A stretch of DNA of 28,357 bases from Thermomicrobiales bacterium (GCA_050695955.1 JBOGUE010000430.1:1-28357), one strand, 5' to 3'; counted from the stretch's first letter, positions 16,087 through 25,052 are shown. Notes: generated from the letters alone by a model not told the origin. Made by a program: numbers and translations.

Positions 16087-16123
16087 TTGACTGCCCGCGA
16101 TAGAGCCGTTATTCTAGCTAGAA
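16087..16123 (+). promoter_or_regulatory. TA promoter TTGACT-N17-TATTCT with overlapping palindrome TTCTAGCTAGAA
   Basis: -35 at 16087-16092, -10 at 16110-16115, perfect 12-bp palindrome at 16112-16123 (candidate autoregulatory operator). Confidence 0.65.
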
Positions 16124-16147
16124 AATGGACCATGATCGGAGGTCAAC

Positions 16148-16501
16148 ATGCCGAAGACCGTATCAACAGTCGTGGCCAAGAACCAGTTCAGCGCCATGAT
16201 CGGATGGGCGGAAGAAAATCGCGACGAGGTTATCGTCGAGAGTCACGGGCGACCACGAGCGGCTATCGTGTCATTTTCGGAGTATGAGGAGATGCGACTT
16301 GCACGGGAGCAGACGCGACGGCAGGACGCGCTGAGGCGACTGCGTGAACTCCGGGCTCGCGTTCGGGCGCGTAATCAGGATCTCACCGACGAGGAGGCAG
16401 ATGCCTTGGCCGCGCGCTTTGTCCGCGAGGTCATCGACGATATGGCCGCCGAGGGAATCCTCAAGTTCGAGCGCGACCGCCTACCCGAGCACGACAGTTG
16501 A
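16148..16501 (+). CDS. Phd/YefM family antitoxin
   Basis: KTVSTVVAKNQFSAMI...EVIVESHGRPRAAIVSFSEYEE; GGAGG SD. Confidence 0.88.
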   Translation: MPKTVSTVVAKNQFSAMIGWAEENRDEVIVESHGRPRAAIVSFSEYEEMRLAREQTRRQDALRRLRELRARVRARNQDLTDEEADALAARFVREVIDDMAAEGILKFERDRLPEHDS

Positions 16502-16506
16502 TCGGT

Positions 16507-16971
16507 ATGCGGGTGTTGCTCGACACGAATGTCTACATCAGCTACCTGTTGGCTCCCACGGAAGGCAGACACCCAAACACTATTGTTGAAGCGGCGTTCT
16601 CGGGGCATATCACGCTCCTTGTCAGCCAACGACTCGTCGACGAACTGGTAAGTCGCGTCACAACGAAACCCTACCTCGCGCAACGGATTACGCGGGAGGA
16701 CTTGCAAGATCTGATCGCGGCAATTCGCGGCGTCGCGGAACTGTTCGACGACTTTCCGGACGAACTCCCTCGCGTTGGGAATGACCGAGATGACGACTAT
16801 CTGTTTGCACACGCAGCGATCGAACGACCGTCTTGTATTGTGTCGGGCGACGGGGGCATGCAACGGGTCGGAGAGATCGACGGTATCCCGATCCTCACTC
16901 CGGCGCGGTTCGTGCAGGTGCTGAAGGAACTCGGCATCCTCGAATCCGATCAGAACGACCTAGGTTCCTGA
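16507..16971 (+). CDS. PIN-domain toxin (PIN_3 / VapC-like)
   Basis: MRVLLDTNVYIS, LVDEL, DRDDDYL, IVSGD, ILTPARF; directly follows the antitoxin. Confidence 0.88.
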   Translation: MRVLLDTNVYISYLLAPTEGRHPNTIVEAAFSGHITLLVSQRLVDELVSRVTTKPYLAQRITREDLQDLIAAIRGVAELFDDFPDELPRVGNDRDDDYLFAHAAIERPSCIVSGDGGMQRVGEIDGIPILTPARFVQVLKELGILESDQNDLGS

Positions 16972-18185
16972 GCGGTGTTCAACAGAAACCGATCCAGCAC
17001 GTCAATCGCCGTAACCACATCCTCGGCGGAAACCGATTCGGATGGGTGGTGGCTGATGCCACCCTTGCAGCGGATGAAAAGCATCGCGACCGGGGTGATG
17101 GTCGATAGGGCGACGGCGTCGTGACCGGCGCCGCTGGGCAGACGGTGGACCGGATGTCCGGCTGCCTCGACGGCGTGAGCCAGCGCTTTGGTTATTTCGG
17201 CGTCGCAGGCGACGGCGGGACTGGACTGCACGACCCGCCACGCGATCTCGATCCCGCGGCGATGCACAATCTCGGCCGCCTGATCCTTGAGCGTCGCACA
17301 AGCCGCGTCGCGCTCGGTATCCTCGGGGTGGCGGACGTCGACGGTTAGCGCGACTCGACCGGGGACGACGTTGCTGGCGCCCGGCTCGACGACCAGTTGT
17401 CCGACCGTTGCAACCAGGCCGGACCGCTGCCGCGCCGTCGACTCGACCGCCAGGACGAACTCAGCGGCGGCGCAGAGGGCGTCCTGCCGCGGGTTCATCG
17501 GCACTGTTCCGGCATGACCGGCGAGGCCGATGAACTCGACCGCGAGCCGCGTCTGGCCGGCAATAGCGGTGACGACCCCGACCGGTAGTCCTAGCGCTTC
17601 CAAGACCGGCCCTTGCTCGATATGGACCTCGATATAGCCGAGCAATTCGGCTGGATCGTGCCGCGCCGATTCGAGGTGCGCGAGGTCGCCGTCAAAGGCG
17701 CGGATCGCCTCGGCAACGGTGGTTCCATCCGCGTCGCTCGCCGCCAAGGTCAGCTCGTCCAGTCCGCCGGTGAGGGCACGACTGCCGAGATAGGTCGTCT
17801 GGAACCGAAGACCTTCCTCGTCGGCAAATGCGACCACCTCGACGGTACATGGCAGGCGCACGCCGGATCGATGCAGACCGCTCACGACCTCCACCGCGAC
17901 CAGGACCCCGAGAACGCCATCGTATCGTCCGGCATCGCGAACCGTGTCGAGATGGCTGCCGAGCAGCAGCGTCCGCGCGCCGGAATGCGCCGCCGAGTAC
18001 CGGCCAATGAGGTTGCCGGCGGCGTCACGGTGCACCGCCATGCCCGCCTCTTTCATCCACCCCGCGACACGATCCTGCGCTTGGCGCAACGCGGCCGTAC
18101 CGTAGGCGCGCGTCAACCGTCCCGGTTCGTCAGTGAACGTCGCCAGGTCGTCGCAACGCGCCATGACGGCGGCTGCGCGCTCCAT
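16950..18185 (-). CDS. allC: Allantoate amidohydrolase (M20 Zn hydrolase)
   Basis: GSHLDTV..AGRYDG.LG, DEEG.RF, EVHIEQGP, GHAGT.PM, SGAGHDA, GGISHHPSES. Start placed at MERAA because the longer ORF-track N-terminus is REP sequence. Confidence 0.9.
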   Translation of the reverse strand: MERAAAVMARCDDLATFTDEPGRLTRAYGTAALRQAQDRVAGWMKEAGMAVHRDAAGNLIGRYSAAHSGARTLLLGSHLDTVRDAGRYDGVLGVLVAVEVVSGLHRSGVRLPCTVEVVAFADEEGLRFQTTYLGSRALTGGLDELTLAASDADGTTVAEAIRAFDGDLAHLESARHDPAELLGYIEVHIEQGPVLEALGLPVGVVTAIAGQTRLAVEFIGLAGHAGTVPMNPRQDALCAAAEFVLAVESTARQRSGLVATVGQLVVEPGASNVVPGRVALTVDVRHPEDTERDAACATLKDQAAEIVHRRGIEIAWRVVQSSPAVACDAEITKALAHAVEAAGHPVHRLPSGAGHDAVALSTITPVAMLFIRCKGGISHHPSESVSAEDVVTAIDVLDRFLLNTAQEPRSF

Positions 18186-18212
18186 ATAGGAGATCACGAT
18201 GACCGCAACCGG

Positions 18213-18298
18213 GTAGGGGCGGACCTCCGTGTCCGCCCGCGTTCGCATGCAACGCCCTTGGCTTCTGAACCAGGGCGGACCTCCGTGTCCGCCCCTGC
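18213..18298. repeat. GTAG-type REP doublet (REPIN-like)
   Basis: GTAGGGGCGGACCTCCGTGTCCGCCC (18213-18238) and GGGCGGACCTCCGTGTCCGCCCCTGC (18273-18298); each is an imperfect hairpin and they share an identical 22-bp core. Confidence 0.8.
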
Positions 18299-18317
18299 AT
18301 GGCCTGGTGTCACTGTC

Positions 18318-18671
18318 CTAGCTTCCCCGATAGGTGGAATAGGCCCACGGCGAGACGAGAAGCGGCACATGGTAATGGTCGCCGGCGTTGGCGACGGAGA
18401 ACCGGATCGTGACGACGTCGAGAAAGGGAGGGTCGGCAACCGATACCGTCTGATCGGCGAAGTAGTCCGCGACGGCAAAGACCAATTGATAGGCTCCGAC
18501 CGTGAACGCCTCGCCTTCGAGCAGTGGTGAGTCGACCCGGCCGTCGTCGCTCGTGATCGCCTCGTTCAGCAGGGACGCCTGATTCCCGTCGACTCGCCAG
18601 AGCTGGATCGCCATCCCTGCCGCCGGCCGCCCTTGCGCCGTGTCCAAGACGTGCGTCGTCATCTGACCCAT
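18318..18671 (-). CDS. uraH: 5-hydroxyisourate hydrolase
   Basis: TTHVLDT..GRPA, DGR, HYHVPLLVSP and C-terminal YRGS signature. Confidence 0.96.
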   Translation of the reverse strand: MGQMTTHVLDTAQGRPAAGMAIQLWRVDGNQASLLNEAITSDDGRVDSPLLEGEAFTVGAYQLVFAVADYFADQTVSVADPPFLDVVTIRFSVANAGDHYHVPLLVSPWAYSTYRGS

Positions 18672-18684
18672 CTGTTGCTCGCTC

Positions 18685-19623
18685 CTAACCGCGCCGCCGC
18701 ATCGTCAACGTAATGCCGCCATACGCTGGGAAGGGATCGCTATAGACCGTGACCCGCGAGTCGGTGTCGGACTCATGGAAGGGGTCGCGGGTGCGGTTCT
18801 GGGCGTCAAAACTGATTGTTGCCAATTGCGGGAACCGATCGAGCACGCGGCGACCGATCTCGTGGACCAAATGCTGGATCGATTCGCTGACGAACTGGTG
18901 GAAGACGGTGCGAGCCAAGTCGCTCACCTGTTCGGCAGGCACGTACCGGCTCGGGTCGGCGGCAAGCATCTCCGACGCGTCGGCGTACCGCCAGGCGAGG
19001 TCGAGATAGATGAAGAGCGGCCGGTCGCGCCGGTCAGGCAGCGTCGTGTAGCCGTCGCGCACAAAGCTGGTGAAGGCGCTGCCGGTCGTCTTCATCAGTT
19101 GCAGGCCGGCGCGGCCGCAGCGGTGGCCGGTGACGACTGGTTCTTCACCGTCGCGCGTCATCTCCAGCGTCGCGGTGGTGTAGTCGTCGTGACCGCGATC
19201 GAAGAGGACTTCGCTGGAGGTGAAGTTGCCGGCATCGGCGCCCGGCGCCCGGGCCGCGACGAAGGGAAGTTCGCGGCAGGTCAACCGGAGCGCCTCCATC
19301 TGCTCGTAGCGCTGCAGGAACCCGTCGCCAAGGAACCAGAGCAGCCCTTCGTGGGTTGCGCCGTCGTAAGCCAGCGACTCCCGCAGCACGAAGTTCTTCA
19401 TGCTGTCCGTGGCGACGACCAGGCTGTTGTCGCCGTGCGTGAACGCCGGCAAAAACCGGCTGCCGAGGACCTCGACGTCGACCTCGAACGCGAAGACCGT
19501 ATTCGTCCGCCCAGTGAAGGGCGACTCAGGGATCGGCCGCACCCCCTCGAGCGGCCGGGCGTGGGTCCGGTAGACCGGAACGTGGTACTTGCCGTAGCCA
19601 ATCTCGTAGTCGTAGGCGGTCAT
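18685..19623 (-). CDS. pucL: Urate oxidase (uricase)
   Basis: YGK, DNSLVVATDSMKN, KTTGSAF..F.RDGYTTLP...DRPL, SESIQHL; GGAGG SD. Confidence 0.93.
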   Translation of the reverse strand: MTAYDYEIGYGKYHVPVYRTHARPLEGVRPIPESPFTGRTNTVFAFEVDVEVLGSRFLPAFTHGDNSLVVATDSMKNFVLRESLAYDGATHEGLLWFLGDGFLQRYEQMEALRLTCRELPFVAARAPGADAGNFTSSEVLFDRGHDDYTTATLEMTRDGEEPVVTGHRCGRAGLQLMKTTGSAFTSFVRDGYTTLPDRRDRPLFIYLDLAWRYADASEMLAADPSRYVPAEQVSDLARTVFHQFVSESIQHLVHEIGRRVLDRFPQLATISFDAQNRTRDPFHESDTDSRVTVYSDPFPAYGGITLTMRRRG

Positions 19624-19633
19624 TGGACCTCCG

Positions 19634-19668
19634 GAGGCGTGAGAGGTGAGGCGTTAGGCGTGAGGGAA
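19634..19668. repeat. Degenerate heptamer array (GAGGCGT-type x5)
   Basis: GAGGCGT GAGAGGT GAGGCGT TAGGCGT GAGGGAA between uraD and pucL. Confidence 0.7.
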
Positions 19669-19689
19669 CACGACGACGAATCCTATCGC

Positions 19690-20217
19690 CTAACCGGACA
19701 CGACGTCGGCCAATCGGTAATGGCAGATCTTCGCGATCTCGCCGAGGGCGGTCGCAATCTCGGTCTCGCGGCTGTTGGTGAGGCGGGCGCGGAAGCCGGC
19801 GAGGATGCTCTCCTTCTTGTTCTCGCGGGCACAGATGACGAAGGGGAAGCGGAAGGTCTCCTTGTAGGACTCGTTCAGCCTGGAAAAGGTCGCGATCTCG
19901 TCCGAGGAGAGGGCGTCGGGGTCGAGGCCGGCGGCGCGCTGCTCGCCGGTCGATTCGCGAGTCAGCGTGCCGGTGAGAGCGGCGCGGCCGACGAGGTCCG
20001 GATGGGCGCGGATCAAGGCCCGTTTTCGTTCGGCAGTCGCCTGGTCCAACGTCTCGCAGAGTTTGCGGTGCAAGTCGGCGCGGTCCGCGAACGGGCGTTT
20101 GGCCCAGGTTTCGGCGGCGATCCACGGCGAACCCTCGAAGAGGAAGCCGAGATTGGCGACGAACGCCTGGCGATCCCAGCCGTTGACGTCATCGATGGTC
20201 CAGCGCGCGACCGCCAT
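19690..20217 (-). CDS. uraD: OHCU decarboxylase
   Basis: FEGSPWIA, LIRAHPDL, STGEQRAAGL, LNESY..FRFPFVICAR, EIAKI..RL. Confidence 0.94.
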   Translation of the reverse strand: MAVARWTIDDVNGWDRQAFVANLGFLFEGSPWIAAETWAKRPFADRADLHRKLCETLDQATAERKRALIRAHPDLVGRAALTGTLTRESTGEQRAAGLDPDALSSDEIATFSRLNESYKETFRFPFVICARENKKESILAGFRARLTNSRETEIATALGEIAKICHYRLADVVSG

Positions 20218-20321
20218 GCCTCCCCTTTCATGATTGAACCGACATCATACAACCGTGCTCGCGATGCTATCCTGGTGCCCACGTTTTTGGGGCAGGCAAC
20301 GCTCAGGGCGAAGGGGAACGC

Positions 20322-21509
20322 ATGGCCGGCACGGCACATCTGGCGTGGTTGCGGTCCGAGCTCGACGGGATCGAGCGCGGCGGGCTGTACAAAGCCGAAA
20401 CGATCATCACCTCACCGCAAGGAACGGCGATCGATACCGTCAATGGCGAGACGATCAACTTCTGCGCCAACAACTATCTCGGGTTGGCCAACCATCCGGC
20501 GATTCTCGCCGCCGCCGAGGACGGTCTGCGCACGCACGGCTACGGTATGGCCTCCGTGCGCTTCATCTGCGGCACGCAGGACCTGCACAAGACGCTCGAA
20601 GGCCGGATCGCGGCGTTTCTGGGAACCGAGGATTCGATCCTCTACACCTCCTGTTTCGACGCCAACGGCGGGCTCTTCGAGACGATCACCGGACCGGACG
20701 ACGCGATCATCAGCGACGCCCTCAACCACGCCAGCATCATCGACGGTGTCCGCCTGAGCAAGGCACGGCGGCTGGTCTACGCCCACGCCGACATGGCCGA
20801 CCTCGAAGCCAAGTTGCAAGAAGCCGCGAAGGCGCGCTTTCGGCTGATCGCGACCGACGGCGTCTTCAGTATGCACGGCGACCTGGCGCCGCTGGCCGCA
20901 ATCTGCGCCCTCGCCGAGCACTACGACGCCCTGGTCATGGTCGACGATTCGCACGCGACCGGTTTCCTTGGCCCGACTGGGCGCGGCACGCCGGAGCACT
21001 TTGGCGTGGCGGACCGGATCGACGTCATCACGAGCACGCTGGGTAAGGCCCTTGGCGGCGCCTCCGGCGGCTTCACAACCGGCCGGCGGGAGATTGTCGA
21101 GTTCCTGCGCCAGCGTTCGCGGCCGTATCTCTTCTCGAACACGGTCGCGCCGGCGATCGTCGCCGCCTCGCTGGCGGCGCTCGACCTCGTGGAACAGCAG
21201 CCGGAACTTCGCGAGCGGCTCTTCGAGAACACCCGGCACTTCCGGCAGACGATGACCGCACGCGGATTCCGGATTGCGCCGGGCATCCACCCGATCGTGC
21301 CGATCGTGCTCGGGGATGAGCACGCGACGGGCGAGTTGGCGCGGACGGTGAATGCGCGCGGCATCTTTGTCGTCGGATTCAGTTTCCCGGTGGTGCCGCG
21401 CGGCCAGGCACGGGTGCGCGTCCAGCTCTCGGCCGCCCACACCCGCGAGCAACTCGACCGGGCCATCGACGCCTTCACCGAGGTCGGGCGGCAGTTGGGC
21501 GTCATCTAG
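20322..21509 (+). CDS. kbl: Glycine C-acetyltransferase (2-amino-3-ketobutyrate CoA ligase)
   Basis: [51 protein letters not shown] (PLP Lys), [12 protein letters not shown]. Confidence 0.95.
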   Translation: MAGTAHLAWLRSELDGIERGGLYKAETIITSPQGTAIDTVNGETINFCANNYLGLANHPAILAAAEDGLRTHGYGMASVRFICGTQDLHKTLEGRIAAFLGTEDSILYTSCFDANGGLFETITGPDDAIISDALNHASIIDGVRLSKARRLVYAHADMADLEAKLQEAAKARFRLIATDGVFSMHGDLAPLAAICALAEHYDALVMVDDSHATGFLGPTGRGTPEHFGVADRIDVITSTLGKALGGASGGFTTGRREIVEFLRQRSRPYLFSNTVAPAIVAASLAALDLVEQQPELRERLFENTRHFRQTMTARGFRIAPGIHPIVPIVLGDEHATGELARTVNARGIFVVGFSFPVVPRGQARVRVQLSAAHTREQLDRAIDAFTEVGRQLGVI

Positions 21510-21531
21510 CCAAGGAGATCTAACAGCCATC

Positions 21532-22293
21532 ATGCCAACCTTCGAGAGCCTGGTTGACCGGGTCGCGATTGTCACCGGCGGCGGACAGGGTATGGGGCGG
21601 GCGGTCGCACACGCCTTGAGTGAACGGGGCGCAAAGATCGCCGTCAACGACCGCAACCCGGCGACGGCAGAGGATGCGGCCGCCGAGTTGCGCCTGCTTG
21701 GTGCGGCCGCGATCGCTGTCCCAGCCGACGTCACCGACCGGGGCGCCGTGCAGGCGATGGTGGCGCGGGCGGTTGAGGCGTTCGGAGCGGTTCACATCCT
21801 GATCAACAACGCCGGCATCCTCTACCCAACGAAGGTCGTCGACATCCCCGAGGACGAGTGGGACCGAGTGATCGACGTCAACTTGAAGGGGACATTTCTC
21901 TGCTCGCAGGCCGTCGTGCCCGCGATGCAAGCCGCCGGTTGGGGTCGCATTGTGAACTTCTCCTCGACGGCCGGCAAGAACGTCAGCACCGTTGGCGGGG
22001 CGCATTACACGGCGGCGAAGGCCGGGATTCTCGGCTTCACCCGGCACCTGGCGAAGGAGGTGGCGGCGGACGGGATCACGGTCAACGCGGTCTGCCCCGG
22101 CTTGATCGACACTGAGATGGTGCGGGCCACGATCGACGAAGCGCGCACGGCCGCCTACGCCCGGAGCTTTCCGATCCCTCGCCTGGGCCGACCGGAGGAG
22201 GTGGCGGAGCTTGTCGCCTTCCTTGCCTCCGACCGCGCGGCCTACATTACTGGCGCCTCGCTCGACATCAACGGCGGCGACCTCATGATCTGA
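21532..22293 (+). CDS. Classical SDR family oxidoreductase (FabG-like)
   Basis: TGGGQGMG, NNAG, YTAAK, VNAVCPGLIDT, YITGASLDINGG; AAGGAG SD. Confidence 0.92.
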   Translation: MPTFESLVDRVAIVTGGGQGMGRAVAHALSERGAKIAVNDRNPATAEDAAAELRLLGAAAIAVPADVTDRGAVQAMVARAVEAFGAVHILINNAGILYPTKVVDIPEDEWDRVIDVNLKGTFLCSQAVVPAMQAAGWGRIVNFSSTAGKNVSTVGGAHYTAAKAGILGFTRHLAKEVAADGITVNAVCPGLIDTEMVRATIDEARTAAYARSFPIPRLGRPEEVAELVAFLASDRAAYITGASLDINGGDLMI

Positions 22294-22296
22294 GGT

Positions 22297-22320
22297 ACCA
22301 ACCAACCAACCAACCAACCA
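22297..22320. repeat. Tetranucleotide microsatellite (ACCA)x6
   Basis: Read directly, just after the SDR stop. Confidence 0.9.
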
Positions 22321-22329
22321 CCCACCGTC

Positions 22330-22463
22330 CCAGAGCCCCTTGAGCCGGCCCACGCCAGGCGACGGCGGAGTCAGGGCACGGCAACCGCTGCGTGACGACC
22401 GCGGAGTGCGGCGCGTGCCCCAACCCCAGTCAATGATCGTCAACGCTCCCGGCTGAGACTTGG
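22330..22463 (-). ncRNA. Candidate rod-shaped structured RNA of unknown family
   Basis: 14-bp stem 22414-22427/22367-22380 with three G-U pairs that work only on the minus strand, plus nested outer and inner stems. Confidence 0.35.
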
Positions 22464-22487
22464 TTCGTCACGATGAGAGACCGCCGG

Positions 22488-23150
22488 TCACTGACTGATG
22501 GCCCCTCGCGCCGGCTCGCGGACGAGCGACCAAACGCGAGGGCCGCGCGGCGTCAGCAGGTCGTCGCGCACGGCCTGAAAACCGTGGCGAACGAAAAAGA
22601 GGACCTGCTGCGCCCGCGCACTGGCGGTGAAACAGGGGATGCCCTCAGCGTCGGCGCGTTCCAGGATCGGGCGAATCAGCGCGTCGCTAATCTCCTCGAC
22701 GCGGGGCGAGCAGGTGGAAACCGTGACGAGGTGCCAATGAGGCCGGTCGATGGCGCGACGGCGGGCGCGAGCCAGCCGCATGCCGATACCGACGAGACGG
22801 AAGGTATCGTCCGTCTCCAATTCGGCAGTCAGGGCGGTGAGGAGCGCGGCGCCCCCACGGGCGAGTCCGACCGGTTGATGCACCGCCGGAGGGAGCCAGA
22901 CCGCCAGCCCGTCGATGCGGCCGCGGGTGGTGTAGACCTCGCCCCAGCGCTCGGCGTACTGCACGAGGTGGCGACTGGCGGTCGCCAGGGCCTGGCGGGT
23001 GCGATGGCTGGGCACGGGAACAATTGCGGACACGATCGGGTCGTCCGCGACCGCGCGGCCCAGATAGTCGCCCGCTTCGAAGACGTAATTCTGAGCCAAC
23101 CGCACGGGCACGATCGGCCCGGCGACAACAGCAGGCGCTTGTCCGCGCAC
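22488..23150 (-). CDS. GNAT-fold acetyltransferase-like protein, degenerate motif A
   Basis: AVWLPP, RPHWHL, ILERADAEGIPC, FFVRHGF, GPRVWSLVREP resemble puromycin-acetyltransferase-like GNATs; GGGAGG SD before GTG. Confidence 0.65.
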   Translation of the reverse strand: MRGQAPAVVAGPIVPVRLAQNYVFEAGDYLGRAVADDPIVSAIVPVPSHRTRQALATASRHLVQYAERWGEVYTTRGRIDGLAVWLPPAVHQPVGLARGGAALLTALTAELETDDTFRLVGIGMRLARARRRAIDRPHWHLVTVSTCSPRVEEISDALIRPILERADAEGIPCFTASARAQQVLFFVRHGFQAVRDDLLTPRGPRVWSLVREPARGAISQ

Positions 23151-23168
23151 GGCACGCCTCCCGCCGAT

Positions 23169-23318
23169 CAGTAGTCAGTAGTCAGAAGCCAGTAGCCAGT
23201 AGTCAGTAGTCAGTCGTCAGTCGCGGTGGCCCTGCCCGATGAGAGCAACCATTATCCGCCGCGAACTGACGGAATTCTACTGACTACTGGCTCCTGGCTC
23301 CTGGCTCCTGACTCCTAG
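23169..23318. repeat. Inverted pair of heptamer arrays (CAGTAGT-type x8; CTMCTGR-type x6) around a 52-bp spacer
   Basis: Arrays at 23169-23224 and 23277-23318; the last unit contains the MFS stop codon. Confidence 0.9.
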
Positions 23319-24970
23319 TCGGCGGCCATCACCACCTGCCGCTCTGACTGCTCGGCATGCTCACGTGCCGGGACGGCGGCGCGGGCGGGGTTGCGAATCA
23401 TGAGGGCGAAGAGGGCGGAGAGGAGGCAGGCCATTGCGCCGACGAAGAAGGTGTTCTGAATACCATCGGCGAAGGCGAGCCGCAGTTGGCCGAGCACGCG
23501 ATCGATTTGATCGGGCCCGAGGATCGCCACGATCTCCTCGAACCGGCTCTGCTCGGCCAGCTCGACGACCCGGCCCTGCAACGCTGGGTCGAGACCGTCG
23601 CCCGCGAGGCGATCGCCGGCGTGCGTTCCAACCCGGCTTTGCAACACGCCGCCGAGGACCGCGATGCCGAGCACCTGACCGACGTTGCGCATCGTATTGA
23701 TGATGCCCGAGGCGCTGCCGGCGATGCGCGGCGGCACTTCTTTCATCGAAGCCGCGGTCATCGGGGCGAAGGTCATGCCCATGCCGGCGCCGGTCACGAT
23801 CAGAGCGGGTAACAGCGCCAGCCAGTCGGTTTGCATGTCGATCTGTTGGATGATGAGCAAGATGCCGACAGTCATCAGCGTCAGACCAGTGACCAGAATC
23901 CAGCGGGCGCCGATCCGGTCGCTGAGCCGGCCTGAGAGCGGCGCGGCGAACATGATCATGATCGACATCGGCGTCATCGTCAGCCCGGCCCGAATCGGCG
24001 AGAAGTCAAGCACCGACTGCAAGAAAAGGGTCATCGGGAAGAAGATGCCGAGCATGCCGAAGGCGACCGCGAGGGCGATCACGTTGCCAACCCAGAAGTT
24101 GCGCAACTTGAAGAGCTCCAGCTTCATCATCGGGTCGGGCGAGCGCCGCTCCCAGAGGACGAAGAGGGTCAGCAGCACCGCCGCCGCGGCGAAGAGACCG
24201 AGGATGAGTGGGCTAGTCCAGCCCTCCTTGTTCCCTTCGATGCTGGCGTAGACGAGGGCGAAGATGCCGGTGCCGGAGAAGACGATGCCGCCCCAGTCGA
24301 TCTTGCGGCTCGCCAGCGGGTCAACCGACTCCGGCACGATCCGCTGGGTCGCCCAGACGCCGGCGATACCGATCGGGACGTTGAGCAGGAAGATCCATTC
24401 CCAGGCGTAGTCGGTCACGATCAGACCGCCGATGACCGGCCCAATAATCGCCCCGAGGGCAACGATGCCGCCCCAGATGCCGAGTGCCGCGCCCCGCTTT
24501 TCCGGTGGGAAGGCGACGGTGATCAGCGAAAGCGATTGCGGCATCATGAAGGCGCCGCCGAGTCCTTGCAGCACGCGCGCGACGATCAGGACGTTGACCC
24601 CCGAGACGCCGATTTGGTCGCCGATCCAGGCCGACGCGCCGCAGAGCGCCGACGCCGCGGTGAAGATCGACATGCCGACGACAAACATCCGCCGGCGGCC
24701 GAACACGTCGCCGAGACGCCCGAAGGAGAGGAGCAGCACCGCGTAGGTAAGAATGTAGGAGTCGAGCACCCATTGGATCTGGGTCAAGCTGGCGCCGAGG
24801 TCTTGTCTGATTTTGACCTGCGCCACGTTCACAATCGTGGTGTCGAGCAGGAGCATGAAGACCGCCGCGCTCAGCACGGCCAGCACTGCCCAGGGATTTC
24901 GCTCGTGTTGGTTCTGGTCCGCCGCCGGATTGCCTCCGGCCGGTGTCGCTATGGAACGCGCGTCAGCCAT
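23315..24970 (-). CDS. DHA2 (EmrB/QacA) family MFS efflux transporter
   Basis: LDTTIVNVA, GRLGDVFGRRR, RVLQGLGG, GPVIGG, WEWIFLLNVPIG, ASGIINTMRNVG; about 14 TM segments. Confidence 0.95.
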   Translation of the reverse strand: MADARSIATPAGGNPAADQNQHERNPWAVLAVLSAAVFMLLLDTTIVNVAQVKIRQDLGASLTQIQWVLDSYILTYAVLLLSFGRLGDVFGRRRMFVVGMSIFTAASALCGASAWIGDQIGVSGVNVLIVARVLQGLGGAFMMPQSLSLITVAFPPEKRGAALGIWGGIVALGAIIGPVIGGLIVTDYAWEWIFLLNVPIGIAGVWATQRIVPESVDPLASRKIDWGGIVFSGTGIFALVYASIEGNKEGWTSPLILGLFAAAAVLLTLFVLWERRSPDPMMKLELFKLRNFWVGNVIALAVAFGMLGIFFPMTLFLQSVLDFSPIRAGLTMTPMSIMIMFAAPLSGRLSDRIGARWILVTGLTLMTVGILLIIQQIDMQTDWLALLPALIVTGAGMGMTFAPMTAASMKEVPPRIAGSASGIINTMRNVGQVLGIAVLGGVLQSRVGTHAGDRLAGDGLDPALQGRVVELAEQSRFEEIVAILGPDQIDRVLGQLRLAFADGIQNTFFVGAMACLLSALFALMIRNPARAAVPAREHAEQSERQVVMAAD

Positions 24971-25052
24971 CGTCTAAGGTCCCTTCTCTCTCTAAACGGC
25001 AATCCACCATCTGTTGGCGTGTCGTCGCTGGGGTGAAAAACGTCCCGCCTGG

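Noticed and set aside
18186..18248. N-terminal extension MRTRADTEVRPYP of allantoate amidohydrolase
   Set aside because: It is largely translated REP sequence.
20218..20321. Functional link or purine riboswitch between the purine cluster and divergent kbl
   Set aside because: No riboswitch-like conserved motif recognised in 104 bp; adjacency alone is not evidence.
18775..20757. 660-aa plus-strand ORF, and similar long ORFs at 6909-7913, 8850-10034, 10155-11216, 11543-12511, 20412-21734 and 26637-27656
   Set aside because: Mostly antisense shadows of well-supported genes in high-GC DNA; no recognisable motifs.
22330..22463. Naming the hairpin as SRP RNA, tRNA or a definite 6S RNA
   Set aside because: It lacks the SRP GGAA-loop motif and a cloverleaf; 6S cannot be confirmed without a covariance search.
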